From assembly GCA_950097015.1 (NCBI GenBank), contig CATNEN010000001.1, positions 17,298,001-17,362,000 of the forward strand: a stretch of DNA of 64,000 bases. The letters are read 5' to 3'. The notes beneath the pieces are model-generated. The model saw only the letters and a program-made list of their open reading frames with translations, was not told the origin of the DNA and ran no database searches. Made by a program: the position numbers and the translations under genes. This document shows positions 47,041 through 60,842 of this stretch, in pieces; the stretch's first letter is position 1; every line of letters begins with the position of its first letter. The stretch comes from Macrostomum hystrix (taxonomy: Eukaryota > Animalia > Platyhelminthes).

Positions 47041-47719
47041 TACTAGAATTTCTTCACTGAAATGAAGTAATGGTTTTAAGTCAGTTAATTGAATAATTTT
47101 AATTGGCTAATTCAATGACTTGACAAAAGTATAGTATTTTTGTGCTTAAACAAGAAATAAAAATCAGTTCTCTCTCAAAGCAGAACGAAAGGTTTCAATA
47201 TTCCAAGGCAGCAAAAATTCACTACAGAAAATGGAAATACGAAAAGCAGCCTATAAAATTTGGGTGCGCAGTTCTCAGTAGAAAAATAAATATAGTTTTG
47301 CTTGCTCATATTTAAAAGCTTCTAAACTCTCTTGCGTTTTTTTCAATATTTTCTTGCTCAAAAGTTGCGCAGTCAGTTTTTTGTATCTGGTCTTTCCGGC
47401 TTGAGTAGAAATTACTTTTTTCTAATTTTCAACTCGGTCTCTGCTTCCTCTTCTTGTCTATTTTAGTTTAAATTATTTTCTTTCTGTTTCTCTGAAAGCA
47501 GAAGACGCAGTTGAAGTAGCAGTTACACCAGCAGTGCAGAGCTACCACACCTGTGCGCCTAATCTTTTGACTTTAGTTTTCTTCGCAAGCATTTTCTTAC
47601 AAAAAACTAAACATAGCTCACAGAAAAAAGTTGAGCATGAAATGCACTAAACATATTACAGTTCTCTTAGGGATTGTTAGGGATCAAACTCACTCATTTT
47701 AATCTCAGTTAGCTCTCGC

Positions 47720-48266
47720 CACTCTCAACTCACTCTAGTCACTCTCAAATCACTCTAGTCACTCTCAACTCACTCTAGTTACTCTCAACTCACTCTAGTC
47801 ACTCTCAACTCACTCTAGTCACTCTCAAATCACTCTAGTCACTTTCAACTCATTCTAGTCACTCTCAACTCACTCTAGTCACTCTCAACTCACTCTAGTC
47901 ACTTTCAACTCATTCTAGTCACTCTCAACTCACTCTAGTCACTCTCAACTCACTCTAGTCACTTTCAACTCATTCTAGTCACTCTCAACTCACTCTAGTC
48001 ACTCTCAACTCACTCTAGTCACTTTCAACTCATTCTAGTCACTCTCAACTCACTCTAGTCACTTTCAACTCACTCTAGTCACTCTCAACTCACTCTAGTC
48101 ACTCTCAACTCACTCTAGTCACTCTCAACTCACTCTAGTCACTCTCAACTCACTCTAGCCACTCTCAACTCACTCTAGTCACTTTCAACTCACTCTAGTC
48201 ACTCTCAACTCACTCTAGTCACTCTCAACTCACTCTAGTCACTTTCAACTCATTCTAGTCACTCTC
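47720..48266. repeat. 20-bp minisatellite (ACTCTCAACTCACTCTAGTC)
   Basis: About 27 copies. Confidence 0.96.
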
Positions 48267-48584
48267 CTGGCGGGTGTCAAAGCAGCAGAGGCAACAGCAA
48301 GCAGAGCGCTCAGCTTGGGGAATTCGCTTGGCACATCCCCATCCTGCGTGACCCCTCATTGGCTGCCGCCCTCAGTCCCACACGGAAGCCGCTAGCAGGG
48401 CTCTGATTGGTCGGCCCAGTGACAGCAGTCTACAACAGCTCCTGTGGGCCAACCAGAAATCCCATGCAGGCAAAAGGCACAATTTTTTTCCGCGACATAT
48501 TAACCTGGGCCAGGACACCGACCCCCCGCCAAAAAACGCAGGCTAACAAACGCGACCGCACGGAATGCCATTGGAACTTCAGGA

Positions 48585-51500
48585 ATGAACCTGAATATTC
48601 AGTCGCCGCCTTTGGCCCAGTTCTACAGCTCATACACCGGCCAGCCGCAGGTAAGTGGCATTCCTGACTGGGCCATTTCGCATTCGCACAATGCTAATAT
48701 TTGCTGCTATAGGCTGATAGCAACTGATAGCTAACTGGCGACTCATTGGAATGTCACGCCAGTTTAACATTGCTGGCATCTTGACAGACAACTATCGCTT
48801 GTGTAGTTTGACCACACAATAGCAACGAATTAGTATTTCCAATGGCTATTAACATCTATCTGCTTCTGAGAATATAAACTGCTTTACAGGTAGAACTTAT
48901 ATCATCTTATCACAGAATTTGTTATCAAAGTCTCCCTCACTCTCCCTCACTCACTCTCCCTCACTTACTCTCCCTCACTTTCTCTCCCCCACTCACTCTC
49001 ACTCACTCTCCCTCACTTTCTCTCCCTCACTCACTCTCCCTCACTCACTCTCCCTCACTTTCTCTCCCTCACTCACTCTCCCCCAATCACTCTCCCTCAC
49101 TTTCTCTCCCTCACTCACTCTCCCCCAATCACTCTCCCTCACTCACTCTCCCTCACTCACTCTCCCTCACTCACTCTCCCTCACTTTCTCTCCCTCACTC
49201 ACTCTCCCCCAATCACTCTCCCTCACTTTCTCTCCCTCACTCACTCTCCCCCAATCACTCTCCCTCACTCACTCTCCCCCACTCACTCTCCCTCACTCAC
49301 TCTCCCTCACTTTCTCTCCCTCACTCACTCTCCCCCACTCACTCTCCCTCACTCTCCCTCACTCACTCTCCCTCACTCACTCTCCCTCACTCACTCTCCC
49401 CCACTCACTCTCCCTCACTCACTCTCCCTCACTCACTCTCCCCCACTCACTCTCACTCACTTTCCCTCACTTACTCTCCCCCACTCACTCTCCCTCACTC
49501 ACTCTCCCTCACTCACTCTCCCTCACTCACTCTCCCTCACTCACTCTCCCCCACTCACTCTCACTCACTCTCCCTCACTTACTCTCCCTCACTTTCTCTC
49601 CCCCCACTCACTCTCCCCCACTCACTCTCACTCACTCTCCCTCACTTACTCTCCCTCACTTACTCTCCCTCACTTACTCTCCCTCACTTTCTCTCCCCCA
49701 CTCACTCTCCCCCACTCACTCTCCCTCACTCACTCTCCCCCACTCACTCTCCCTCACTCACTCTCCCTCACTCACTCTCCCCCACTCACTCTCCCCCACT
49801 CACTCTCACTCACTCTCCCTCACTTACTCTCCCTCACTTTCTCTCCCCCCACTCACTCTCCCCCACTCACTCTCACTCACTCTCCCTCACTTACTCTCCC
49901 TCACTTACTCTCCCTCACTTACTCTCCCTCACTTTCTCTCCCCCACTCACTCTCCCCCACTCACTCTCACTCACTCTCCCTCACTTACTCTCCCTCACTT
50001 ACTCTCCCTCACTTACTCTCCCTCACTCACTCTCACTCACTCTCCCCCACTCACTCTCACTCACTCTCCCTCACTTACTCTCCCTCACTTACTCTCCCTC
50101 ACTCACTCTCACTCACTCTCCCTCACTTACTCTCCCCCACTCATCTCACTCACTCTCCCCCACTCACTCTCCCTCACTCACTCTCCCCCACTCACTCTCA
50201 CTCACTCTCCCTCACTCACTCTCCCTCACTCACTCTCCCCCACTCACTCTCACTCACTCTCCCTCACTCACTCTCCCTCACTCACTCTCCCCCACTCACT
50301 CTCACTCACTCTCCCTCACTTACTCTCCCTCACTCACTCTCACTCACTCTCCCCCACTCACTCTCACTCACTCTCCCTCACTTACTCTCCCTCACTTACT
50401 CTCCCTCACTCACTCTCACTCACTCACTCTCCCCCACTCACTCTCACTCACTCTCCCTCACTTACTCTCCCTCACTTACTCTCCCTCACTTACTCTCCCT
50501 CACTCACTCTCACTCACTCTCCCCCACTCACTCTCACTCACTCTCCCTCACTTACTCTCCCTCACTTACTCTCCCTCACTCACTCTCCCTCACTTACTCT
50601 CCCTCACTCACTCTCACTCACTCTCCCCCACTCACTCTCACTCACTCTCCCTCACTTACTCTCCCTCACTTACTCTCCCTCACTCACTCTCACTCACTCT
50701 CCCTCACTTACTCTCCCTCACTCACTCTCACTCACTCTCCCCCACTCACTCTCACTCACTCTCCCTCACTTACTCTCCCTCACTCACTCTCACTCACTCT
50801 CCCCCACTCACTCTCACTCACTCTCCCTCACTTACTCTCCCTCACTTACTCTCCCTCACTCACTCTCCCTCACTTACTCTCCCTCACTCACTCTCACTCA
50901 CTCTCCCCCACTCACTCTCACTCACTCTCCCTCACTCACTCTCCCTCACTCACTCTCCCCCACTCACTCTCACTCACTCTCCCTCACTTACTCTCCCTCA
51001 CTTACTCTCCCTCACTTACTCTCCCTCACTCACTCTCACTCACTCTCCCCCACTCACTCTCACTCACTCTCCCTCACTTACTCTCCCTCACTTACTCTCC
51101 CTCACTCACTCTCCCTCACTTACTCTCCCTCACTCACTCTCACTCACTCTCCCCCACTCACTCTCACTCACTCTCCCTCACTTACTCTCCCTCACTTACT
51201 CTCCCTCACTCACTCTCACTCACTCTCCCTCACTTACTCTCCCCCACTCATCTCACTCACTCTCCCCCACTCATCTCACTCACTCTCCCCCACTCACTCT
51301 CCCCCACTCACTCTCACTCACTCTCCCTCACTTACTCTCACTCACTCTCCCCCACTCACTCTCCCTCACTCACTCTCCCTCACTCACTCTCCCTCACTCA
51401 CTCTCCCTCAATCACTACAAAGAACCCGGTTTGTACTTTGATCAGTTTCATAGAGATGCCATCGTCCCCTGTTAGTTACTAAAATAGCAATGCCCCGCTG

Positions 51501-54080
51501 TGACTTCCTGACAGCAGTCAGGTAGTCTGGTCGTTGTCGTGATCTGCGCTAGGTTTCGTCGCAGAATTTCAGCTGTGTTTACAAAAAAATCGAACAAAAA
51601 ATCGAATAATGATGACAGTTTGTTTAAACGATACATGCCTCTGGAATTAGAATCCTGTTCAATTGTAGGAACATCCACGTGACTTGTGCATGTTATATGC
51701 TTGCTAAATTAGTTTTTCAACTCGATAATAAAGCTTGTTACTAATGACAACAGAACAGTTGCTATCGAGTAGCTGAATGTTATTGGCTGAAATTACTTAA
51801 TGGGTTCAATGGAATGCCTGTATGCCTACAAACTGTAAACTACGCAGGGGTTATGCAACTGCGGGTCAACTTCCAATTCAAAGTTTTTGAAAGCGAAGCT
51901 AATAGCATGAGACATGCTGTTTATAAATGTGCCAAAATTCTGACTGGTTAAGAGCTAAATGCATATACCTTTTAACAACTGCCTACTTTAACGACTTTGT
52001 TATAATCTACTGTGATCACCGATCAAAATGGGTCCGTTGTCTATCACATCCGCTCGGCGGAATCCGCCCAATATTTATCACATCCGCTCGGCGGAATCCG
52101 CCCCTTGTTTATTATATCCACCCTTCTCTATCAAATCCGCCCCTGTCTTTCAAATCCGCTCTTCGGAATCCGCTAACAAGCCGTTCGCTCCCACCCTGAC
52201 AGCTTTCAGTCGCTCACCATCACAGCACTGGCAGCGCGTTCGATCATTGCATCCCTCATGCCGCCGCTGCCGCAGCAGCAGCCGCAGCCGCCGCCGCCGC
52301 CGCCGCCGCGGCCGCAGTCGCCTCTACCGAAGTCGATCAAATTGGTCCCGCCAGCGTCGCTGTGACGTCGCAACATCCGTTGTCAATCAAAGTGGGCAGC
52401 AACAACACCAGCGCTCATTCCACAGCCAAGTCCGACCAGCTGTCGCCGCAGTTGTACAGCTTCTCGGAGTCCCTGGCTCATCATCATCAGCTGCAGCAGC
52501 AGGACCAGCAGCAGCAGCAGCTACTGCTTCCCCACCCGCTGCCGCGGTTCCAGCCAAAGTCCGACAGCCACTCACCGGTGGCGACGCCTTGCACAAGGTC
52601 GCGAAGTCCAACCGACGATCAGGACGTGAACTCGCCGCGGGCCACGGCCATGTACGTCAGCGCCAACTGCCTGCTGCTGTCATACATCGGATCCGCCAGC
52701 GTTGATCAGGCTGTGCAGGATCACTTCAACAAGGCGCTGAACCAGCCGTCAAGTTTCTCGCGCGAGCATCCGGGCAGCAGGCCGAGCTGGCCGCAGGACT
52801 ATGTCCTGGAGCCGCACCAGACACAGCTGCACCAGCATCAGCAGCAGCAGCAGCATCACCATCATCACCGCAGTCACCAGCATCAGCAGCACGCCAGCAG
52901 CTATCTACTTCAGCAGCATTCGGAGCAACAGCTGCAGCATCATCAGCTTCAGCACCAGTTTCACGACAGCCACCTGCAGCATCAGCAGCACCATCATCTA
53001 GACGCTTCTATTCAGCAGCATCAGCAGCAGCAGAGCTCTAGAACACCGTCGTGGTCCTCCGCCTATCACATGGCCTACCACAACCAGCTGTCCCAGTACC
53101 ACCCGCCAGCTAGCCAGAACCCATATCCCACATATTATCCCACGTATGACTCCAGCACCGCGGCCGCAGCTGCCGCTTACAGCTCCCTGCACGCCTCCTA
53201 CAAGCTGGACCCAGGAGCTGCGGCTGCTGCTGCGGCCGCCGCCTCGGCCACCTCCCCGCTTGATGCCTGGACTAGTCAAGCATTCAGACACTTCGCTGCT
53301 AGCGGCACGGACAAGTGAGTACCAGAGGGTGTCTGTCTGTGGGTGTCTGCCTGTGGGTGTCTGTCTGTGGGTGTCTGTCTGTGGGTGTCTGTCTGTGGGT
53401 GTCTGCCTGTGGGTGTCTGTCTGTGGGTGTCTGTCTGTGGGTGTCTGTCTGTGGGTGTCTGTCTGTGGGTGTCTGTCTGTGGGTGTCTGTCTGTGGGTGT
53501 CTGTCTGTGGGTGTCTGTCTGTGGGTGTCTGTCTGGGGGCTTCTTTCTTTGGGTGTCTGTCGGAGTGTGTCTGTCCAAGGTTGTCTGTGGGTGTCTGTCT
53601 TTGGGTGTCTGTTTGAGGGTGTCTGTCTGTGTGTCCGTCTGTGTGTGTCTGTCTGTGGGTGTCTGTGGACATAAAAATCCAATTTTAGTTTCTATGTGTA
53701 AAATAACTCAAGCCAACTAACCTTTGGTTTCAAAACTCATCTTACCAGCTTTCTAGCGATCAATATTTTCAAATTTTCATTCGTTTTTTCGTTTTACTAT
53801 TTTTACTTGAAAAAAACCGCATTAAGCTTACTCACCAGCCTAAGTCAGTAGCAAGATGCGCACATGATCATTAAAAAATGTATATATCTAAAAAATAAAA
53901 AATTTCAGTGTTCTCAGCAGCTATGCTTATCAGCCAGTGGACAAGAAGCTGGCGGAAGATCCGTGGAAGGCTCTCTACCAGCAGCATCAGCAGCAGCACC
54001 AGCAGCAGCAGTCAGCAATAGTAGGATCCTATGCCACTTCGTCATATGCAGCTCGTAGAGATTCTCTGTGGCTGCAGTGA
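48585..54080 (+). CDS. vg: Vestigial-like transcription cofactor (Vg/TONDU domain). Exons 48585-48650, 52203-53314, 53909-54080
   Basis: YVSANCLLLSYIGSASVDQAVQDHFNKAL matches the Vg/Tdu consensus. Poly-A, poly-Q and poly-H tracts. Donors CAG|GTAAGT (48650) and AA|GTGAGT (53314) join in phase. Ends ...RDSLWLQ*. Exons 1 and 3 are inferred. Confidence 0.85.
48930..51415. repeat. G-free (TCAC/TCCC)-based low-complexity satellite in vestigial-like intron 1
   Basis: About 2.5 kb of ACTCTCCCTCAC variants. Confidence 0.95.
53327..53668. repeat. 14-bp minisatellite (GGGTGTCTGTCTGT)
   Basis: Tandem array in the inferred intron 2 of the vestigial-like gene. Confidence 0.93.
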
Positions 54081-54249
54081 CGCGAATGATATTCGAGGCC
54101 AGAAGAACTGTGCTATTGTAAATCTAATTCTTCTGTTCATCTCTTTTTTTGGAACCGTTGCTTTAGTTTTGCTTTTTATTTCAAGACGCAGGATATTGAT
54201 AACCGTTTTAATTGAAAACTCTTGTATTGACTCTCGATTGACATTGAGC

Positions 54250-55180
54250 ATGGGATAGCACGGGAGACAGTGGGATAACAGCGGAGACAGTGGGATAACA
54301 GGGGAGACAGTGGGATAACAGCGGAGACAGTGGGATAACAGGGGAGACAGTGGGATAACAGGGCAGACAGTGGGTTAACAGGGGAGACAGTGGGATAACA
54401 GGGGAGACAGTGGGATAACAGGGGAGACAGTGGGATAACAGGGCAGACAGTGGGATAACAGGGGAGACAGTGGGATAACAGGGGAGACAGTGGGATAACA
54501 GCGGAGACAGTGGGATAACAGGGGAGACAGTGGGATAACAGCGGAGACAGTGGGATAACAGCGGAGACGAGGGATAACAGGAATGACAGTGGGAGAACAA
54601 GGGAGACAGTGGGATAGCAGGGGAGACAGTGGGATAACAGGGGAGACAGTGGGATAACAGCGGAGACAGTGGGATAACAGGAATGACAGTGGGAGAACAA
54701 GGGAGATATTGGGGTAACAGGGCAGACAGTGGGATAACAGGGGAGAAGGTGGGATAACAGAGGAGACAGTGGGATAACAGGGGAGACAGTGGGATAACAG
54801 CGGAGACAGTGGGATAACAGGAATGACAGTGGGAAAACAAGGGAGACAGTGGGGTAACAGGGCAGACAGTGGGATAACAGGGGAGAAGGTGGGATAACAG
54901 AGGAGACAGTGGGATAACAGGGGTGACAGTGGGATATCAGGGGAGATATCAGGGGAGATAGTGAGCTGCTCGAGAAGGTGGGATAACAGAGGAGACAGTG
55001 GGATAACAGGGGTGACAGTGGGATAACAGAGGAGACAGTGGGATAACAGGGGTGACAGTGGGATATCAGGGGAGATATCAGGGGAGATAGTGAGCTGCTC
55101 GAGAAGGTGGGATAACAGAGGAGACAGTGGGATAACATGGGTGACAGTGGGATATCAGGGGAGATAGTGGGGGATAACAG
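54250..55180. repeat. 20-bp minisatellite (GACAGTGGGATAACAGGGGA)
   Basis: Tandem array. Confidence 0.94.
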
Positions 55181-55685
55181 CATCTCAAATTCATTGTCCC
55201 GTAAATAGTGTTTGCAAATCCATTTTTCGGTGGAATGTATATTCTGGCGCAGGTAATATAGCACACTTCAAAGCATATATTTTATTTCATCATACCTTGG
55301 TTTCTGTGGTTCCTCTTGCTAGAGAGTGTTAATATCGGATTTGCGTGCGTGCGTCTCCCCTATCGTGTTTCTTAGAAAATGTTCCGTTAATGTGTCACGT
55401 GGACTTCTGAGCTAGAAACCCTCTATGACTGTAATAATCCTTTTGTTCTATTTCAAAAGGCACAGAGCACTGTAAATGGGACAAATAAAAAACTTACTTC
55501 TTTCGTTCTTCTTTCTTTGTTGATTTTCCTTGCGGTGGTGCTCAGAAATACAAAATCTGGCGACTTTAAGTTTCTTATTTCGCTTTGATGTGCCGCGATT
55601 GCAATGATTAAGAAAGCGCAACCAGGTACAATACAAACATATACTCGCATTGTCAAGCTACTCAGGTATCACAGTGCGTATTTTA

Positions 55686-57410
55686 GTATCAGACAGTACA
55701 CTCAGGTGTCAGACAGTACACTCAGGTGTCAGACAGTACACTCAGGTGTCAGACAGTACACTCAGGTGTCAGACAGTACACTCAGGTGTCAGACAGTACA
55801 CTCAGGTGTCAGACAGTACACTCAGGTGTCAGACAGTACACTCAGGTGTCAGACAGTACACTCAGGTGTCAGACAGTACACTCAGGTGTCAGACAGTACA
55901 CTCAGGTATCAGACAGTACACTCAGGTATCAGACAGTACACTCAGGTGTCAGACAGTACACTCAGGTATCAGACAGTACACTCAGGTGTCAGACAGTACA
56001 CTCAGGTGTCAGACAGTACACTCAGGTATCAGACAGTACACTCAGGTGTCAGACAGTACACTCAGGTATCAGACAGTACACTCAGGTGTCAGACAGTACA
56101 CTCAGGTGTCAGACAGTACACTCAGGTGTCAGACAGTACACTCAGGTGTCAGACAGTACACTCAGGTGTCAGACAGTACACTCAGGTGTCAGACAGTACA
56201 CTCAGGTATCAGACAGTACACTCAGGTGTCAGACAGTACACTCAGGTATCAGACAGTACACTCAGGTGTCAGACAGTACACTCAGGTGTCAGACAGTACA
56301 CTCAGGTGTCAGACAGTACACTCAGGTGTCAGACAGTACACTCAGGTGTCAGACAGTACACTCAGGTATCAGACAGTACACTCAGGTATCAGACAGTACA
56401 CTCAGGTGTCAGACAGTACACTCAGGTATCAGACAGTACACTCAGGTGTCAGACAGTACACTCAGGTGTCAGACAGTACACTCAGGTATCAGACAGTACA
56501 CTCAGGTGTCAGACAGTACACTCAGGTATCAGACAGTACACTCAGGTGTCAGACAGTACACTCAGGTGTCAGACAGTACACTCAGGTGTCAGACAGTACA
56601 CTCAGGTGTCAGACAGTACACTCAGGTGTCAGACAGTACACTCAGGTGTCAGACAGTACACTCAGGTATCAGACAGTACACTCAGGTGTCAGACAGTACA
56701 CTCAGGTATCAGACAGTACACTCAGGTGTCAGACAGTACACTCAGGTGTCAGACAGTACACTCAGGTGTCAGACAGTACACTCAGGTGTCAGACAGTACA
56801 CTCAGGTATCAGACAGTACACTCAGGTGTCAGACAGTACACTCAGGTATCAGACAGTACACTCAGGTATCAGACAGTACACTCAGGTATCAGACAGTACA
56901 CTCAGGTGTCAGACAGTACACTCAGGTGTCAGACAGTACACTCAGGTATCAGACAGTACACTCAGGTATCAGACAGTACACTCAGGTGTCAGACAGTACA
57001 CTCAGGTATCAGACAGTACACTCAGGTGTCAGACAGTACACTCAGGTGTCAGACAGTACACTCAGGTATCAGACAGTACACTCAGGTATCAGACAGTACA
57101 CTCAGGTATCAGACAGTACACTCAGGTGTCAGACAGTACACTCAGGTGTCAGACAGTACACTCAGGTATCAGACAGTACACTCAGGTATCAGACAGTACA
57201 CTCAGGTGTCAGACAGTACACTCAGGTGTCAGACAGTACACTCAGGTGTCAGACAGTACACTCAGGTATCAGACAGTACACTCAGGTGTCAGACAGTACA
57301 CTCAGGTATCAGACAGTACACTCAGGTGTCAGACAGTACACTCAGGTATCAGACAGTACACTCAGGTGTCAGACAGTACACTCAGGTATCAGACAGTACC
57401 CTCAGGTATC
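55686..57410. repeat. 20-bp minisatellite (AGACAGTACACTCAGGTRTC), about 86 copies
   Basis: Near-perfect array with a single G/A variable site. Confidence 0.98.
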
Positions 57411-57744
57411 GCATGCAAATCCGCTTCAGTTTGGTTGAAAATTGAATACATGTCACTGACAGCAGCCTGTTTCAGTTCCCAGCAAACTGGCGTGACTAAA
57501 GTGCATCCCTCATTTGTTGGACTTCAAGAATAGCGCATTATGCAGTTTTATTTGAAAAAGAAATTATACTCGCGGATGCGTGACAATGGAATGGGGGGGT
57601 CCGATTGTTGACAGCCTGATGATAAAATTGACAATGAAATGCAGGATAAACATACCACCCTTCTTTTAGCCCAAGGGAGAGTGAATATTTTATATGTTTT
57701 CCGCGCTAGTTGGTTAAATATAAAGTTCTTTGTTTCAGCCACAG

Positions 57745-58005
57745 GTAAGAATTGAGTTCCAGCACTAGCAGTGGTTAAACTGTGGGGTGGTTGTGACCCA
57801 ACCCCCTAACCAGTCCATGGACTGAACTATCCCTGTACCTGAGTTCCTGAGTTCGATTCCGCGACGATTTGGGGTTTAGGGGGCTTGTCGTGCAATTTAT
57901 GTCATTGAGGTCCAACCTCCAAGGCACAGTGAGAGTGTACTGACTGCCTGACGATGAGAAAGTCAGGGCAGATGTACACACCTGTGTGAGTGTGTGCCTG
58001 AGTAC
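57745..58005 (+). mobile_element. Composite SINE fragment: family-B-like piece joined to a family A piece
   Basis: CCAGTCCATGGACTGAAC (as at 15189) followed by GAGTTCGATTCCGCG...CTGACGATGAGAAAGTCAGGGCAG. Confidence 0.7.
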
Positions 58006-58411
58006 AGCATCTGACAATGAAATATGGTTTCTACTTTAATTTGGCATTCCACAATACAATAGCAGATTTCTGGCCTATCGAAACTGCTTTGCTTTGCCCA
58101 ATCAAAATCTGAGAAAAAACTTTTTTTTACGATTCTCGGGACATCCCTGAGCAAATCAACATTAGACAGATATAAGATCAACATCCCTGAATCTCATTAT
58201 GAAGGCCTCGTCACACCGATTCTTCTGTTGCGGGAAACTGAAGTAAAAAACTAACAGCTTTTCTCAGAGTTGAAAGCTTTGTCAATATACTCAATCTGTT
58301 GCGCGTGTACTCCTGCCAGAAAGCGGTATAAATCAGTATCAATTTTCTTTAGGACTAGATTTTCATTTTCCACTATAAAATATTTTTATAATACGAGTAC
58401 AATATATTTGC

Positions 58412-58602
58412 TCTGAGCACACACTCACACGGGTGTGTACATCTGCCCTGACTTTCTCATCGTCAGGCAGTGTACACTCTCACTGTGCCTTGGAGGTTGG
58501 CCCTCAAGGGCGTAAATTGCACCACAAGCCCCCAAGCCTTCCCTCCGCGGCTGCGCCCCAAAGAAATGAGACCTCACCGCGGAATCGAGCTCAGGGACCT
58601 CG
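58412..58602 (-). mobile_element. SINE family A, partial
   Basis: Matches 37105-37293. Confidence 0.85.
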
Positions 58603-58676
58603 CAAATCCTTGAATTAGCCGCTTCAAATAGTGGAGGTATCGGCCTTCATTTCAGCACTGCTCGAAGTTCTGCACA

Positions 58677-59813
58677 ATGGCTCCCAACGAAACGTCAAGT
58701 TGGAATGCGACAACCGATTCGAACAGCAGCTCGGCTGGTCCCGTCTGCCCGATGCTGGAGCAGCACGGCTGGACGATGACCTACCCCGCAGCCTACTACA
58801 GCTTCTACTCAACCGTGGCGCTCGTGGCCATTGTTGGAAACTCGGCCATCTTGGCCGTCACCCGGAGCCATCCCGAAGTGATTCAGCGTCGAACCTACCG
58901 CCTGCTGACTCAAGCGATGAGCGTCTGCGAGCTCGTGCTGGCCTGCGACCTCATCGCCATGATGTTTCGCAACGGGGTCGGCTACTGGAATCGGACGGGG
59001 CGCAGCGTCGGTCATGCCATGCTAGTCAGCGATGCCTGGGACGCTGAAGCTGAGAACCAGTTCTACCACCGGTGCGGCAGTTTGTTTTAATGCAAGCAAA
59101 AAACCATTCTTGTATTGTCACCCGAGAAGACATGTTTGAGGTCACTCTCTCATTGCAGAGGCCTCACTATGCTCAAGCTTGTCTTGAGCATTCGCGATGT
59201 CTCAATCGCATGCGAGGTGTTTTTCTACGCACTGCTGGCCTGGGACCGCGTACTGGCCATTGCTCAGCCGCTGAGCACAGTCTGGTCGCATCGACTTGTT
59301 GGCGCCATTGTCAGCTTCGGAGTTGTTACCATGGCAACGGTTGAGACCAGTCTTCAGTCCTGGCTGCTGACTGCAGTAGCCGCAGCTGACAGAGCCGGAG
59401 ACGAGCTGCGCGTCTGCGACCTTCTGGTGCGAGTTGTCGCGAACAATGTCGTGGCAAAGTCGGGCGCGATGGTGAGTTTCTACCTGCTCTCGCTGGCTGC
59501 CTACCTGGCCACCGCCTGCCTGCTGCTCAAGCGCTGCTGGAAGACTCATCGGGCTACTCAAGCAGCTCAGACTCAGCAGGACAAGATGCAGCTGGGCAAG
59601 CCGATGGCCGCTCTCGTTGCTGGCAACCTGCTGCACTTTATCAGCATCTTGCCGCTGGCCATTCACAGCAGCGGCCTGGCGAAGGTCGACTGGATCGCTT
59701 TCGATGCCTTCTTCTGCAACTGCGCCGTGATTCCCTGCCTCGCCATCGCATTCAATGCAGCCATGCGACAGCAGCTTCGGAGAATGCTGACACCTTCTCG
59801 ATGCAAACGGTGA
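58677..59813 (+). CDS. Rhodopsin-class orphan GPCR, copy 1. Exons 58677-59071 and 59159-59813
   Basis: N-glycosylation sequons, TM1 VAIVGNSAIL, TM3 LAWDRVLAIAQPL, TM7 NCAVIPCLAIAFN..MR; phase-2 intron. Confidence 0.88.
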
Positions 59814-60573
59814 CTCAGATAAGGTTTAGTTTCGACTGGTAACGCGAAAGGAAACGAGTGGTTGTTTACAAATCGAATATTTTGCACTTCAACAAAAGTC
59901 ACTGCGCCTATTTGGCTCTGGGCCTCCTTTCCGTCTCTCGGCCTCCCTACTTAAATCCTTTGTTGATTGACAAGAACTGCTTTACTCTAGACACCACTTT
60001 TACTGGTACTTTATCGTCTGCAATAAAAGACCAAGCAGTCTTCATAGCTTCGAGTTTAATTCACAATGAGCGTTGCTACTTTTAAAAGTGGGTTATAACA
60101 AGCTATTTTTATCAGCCCGTTTTAATAGTGCGTATATTTATCTAGCTGGTGTCATACTAGCTCGTTGAAGTTCCAGAAGCACATTCTTTGGCGAAGGCCA
60201 GTTAATCGCTGGACAATGAGATGATGAGGCGTCACCATGGCGTTCGTTCCGCCCACGCTGCAGTGGTCTAGTAGGAGTACATGCAGCCTATTGCCATGTT
60301 TGCTGATGCTCAAACGATCCAGGCTGAAAGCATCGATCGGATGCAGTTTACACAGCATCAGTAAATCTTGTTTACTTAGAAATATAAATTTGTCAATGCC
60401 ATCTGTGTCAATTGAGAGTGCAATTCTCAGGTATGCTTTTCGCTTATCGATCAAAGAAGCAAAGTAGAACTACTTCCTGAGTATATGAAGTAACATGATA
60501 ATGGCATTCTGTTTGCACTTTTACTGGTAGATTGCAGTTTTGCACTAGTTTGAATCAAACGAAAGTCGAAACT

Positions 60574-60842
60574 GGGGGTCGGTGGCAGAACGGTTAACGC
60601 GTTTGCCTTCTCGCCCCAAGGTCCCTGAGTTTGATTCCGCGGCGAGGCCACATTCATTTGGAGGGCTTGTGGTACAATTGACGCTCTTGAGGACCAACCT
60701 GAAAGGCACAGTGATAGTGCAACTGCGTGTGTGCTCAGGAGTCAGCGAAATGGGCAGAATTGCCTCCTCGCTGTCTGCGGGTCTAGTGCCACCGAAGGAT
60801 GTGCCATTGCCTGCAGCCCTCGTACAATTATTTTTATTATTT
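60574..60842 (+). mobile_element. SINE family A with internal deletion
   Basis: A box TGGCAGAACGG, B-box-like GTTTGATTCC, ATT-rich tail. Confidence 0.88.

Noticed and set aside
48919-51441. 840-aa S/L/T/H/P-rich ORF
   Set aside because: A G-free satellite rarely produces stop codons; it lies in the inferred vestigial-like intron.
55604-57533. 570-627 aa ORFs in three frames
   Set aside because: Translation of a stop-free 20-bp satellite; no evidence of coding.
57940-57975. Hammerhead ribozyme (CTGACGA...GAAA...GTC) in SINE family A
   Set aside because: Only 3 nt separate CUGACGA from GAAA and there is no stem III. The bases instead pair as a simple hairpin.
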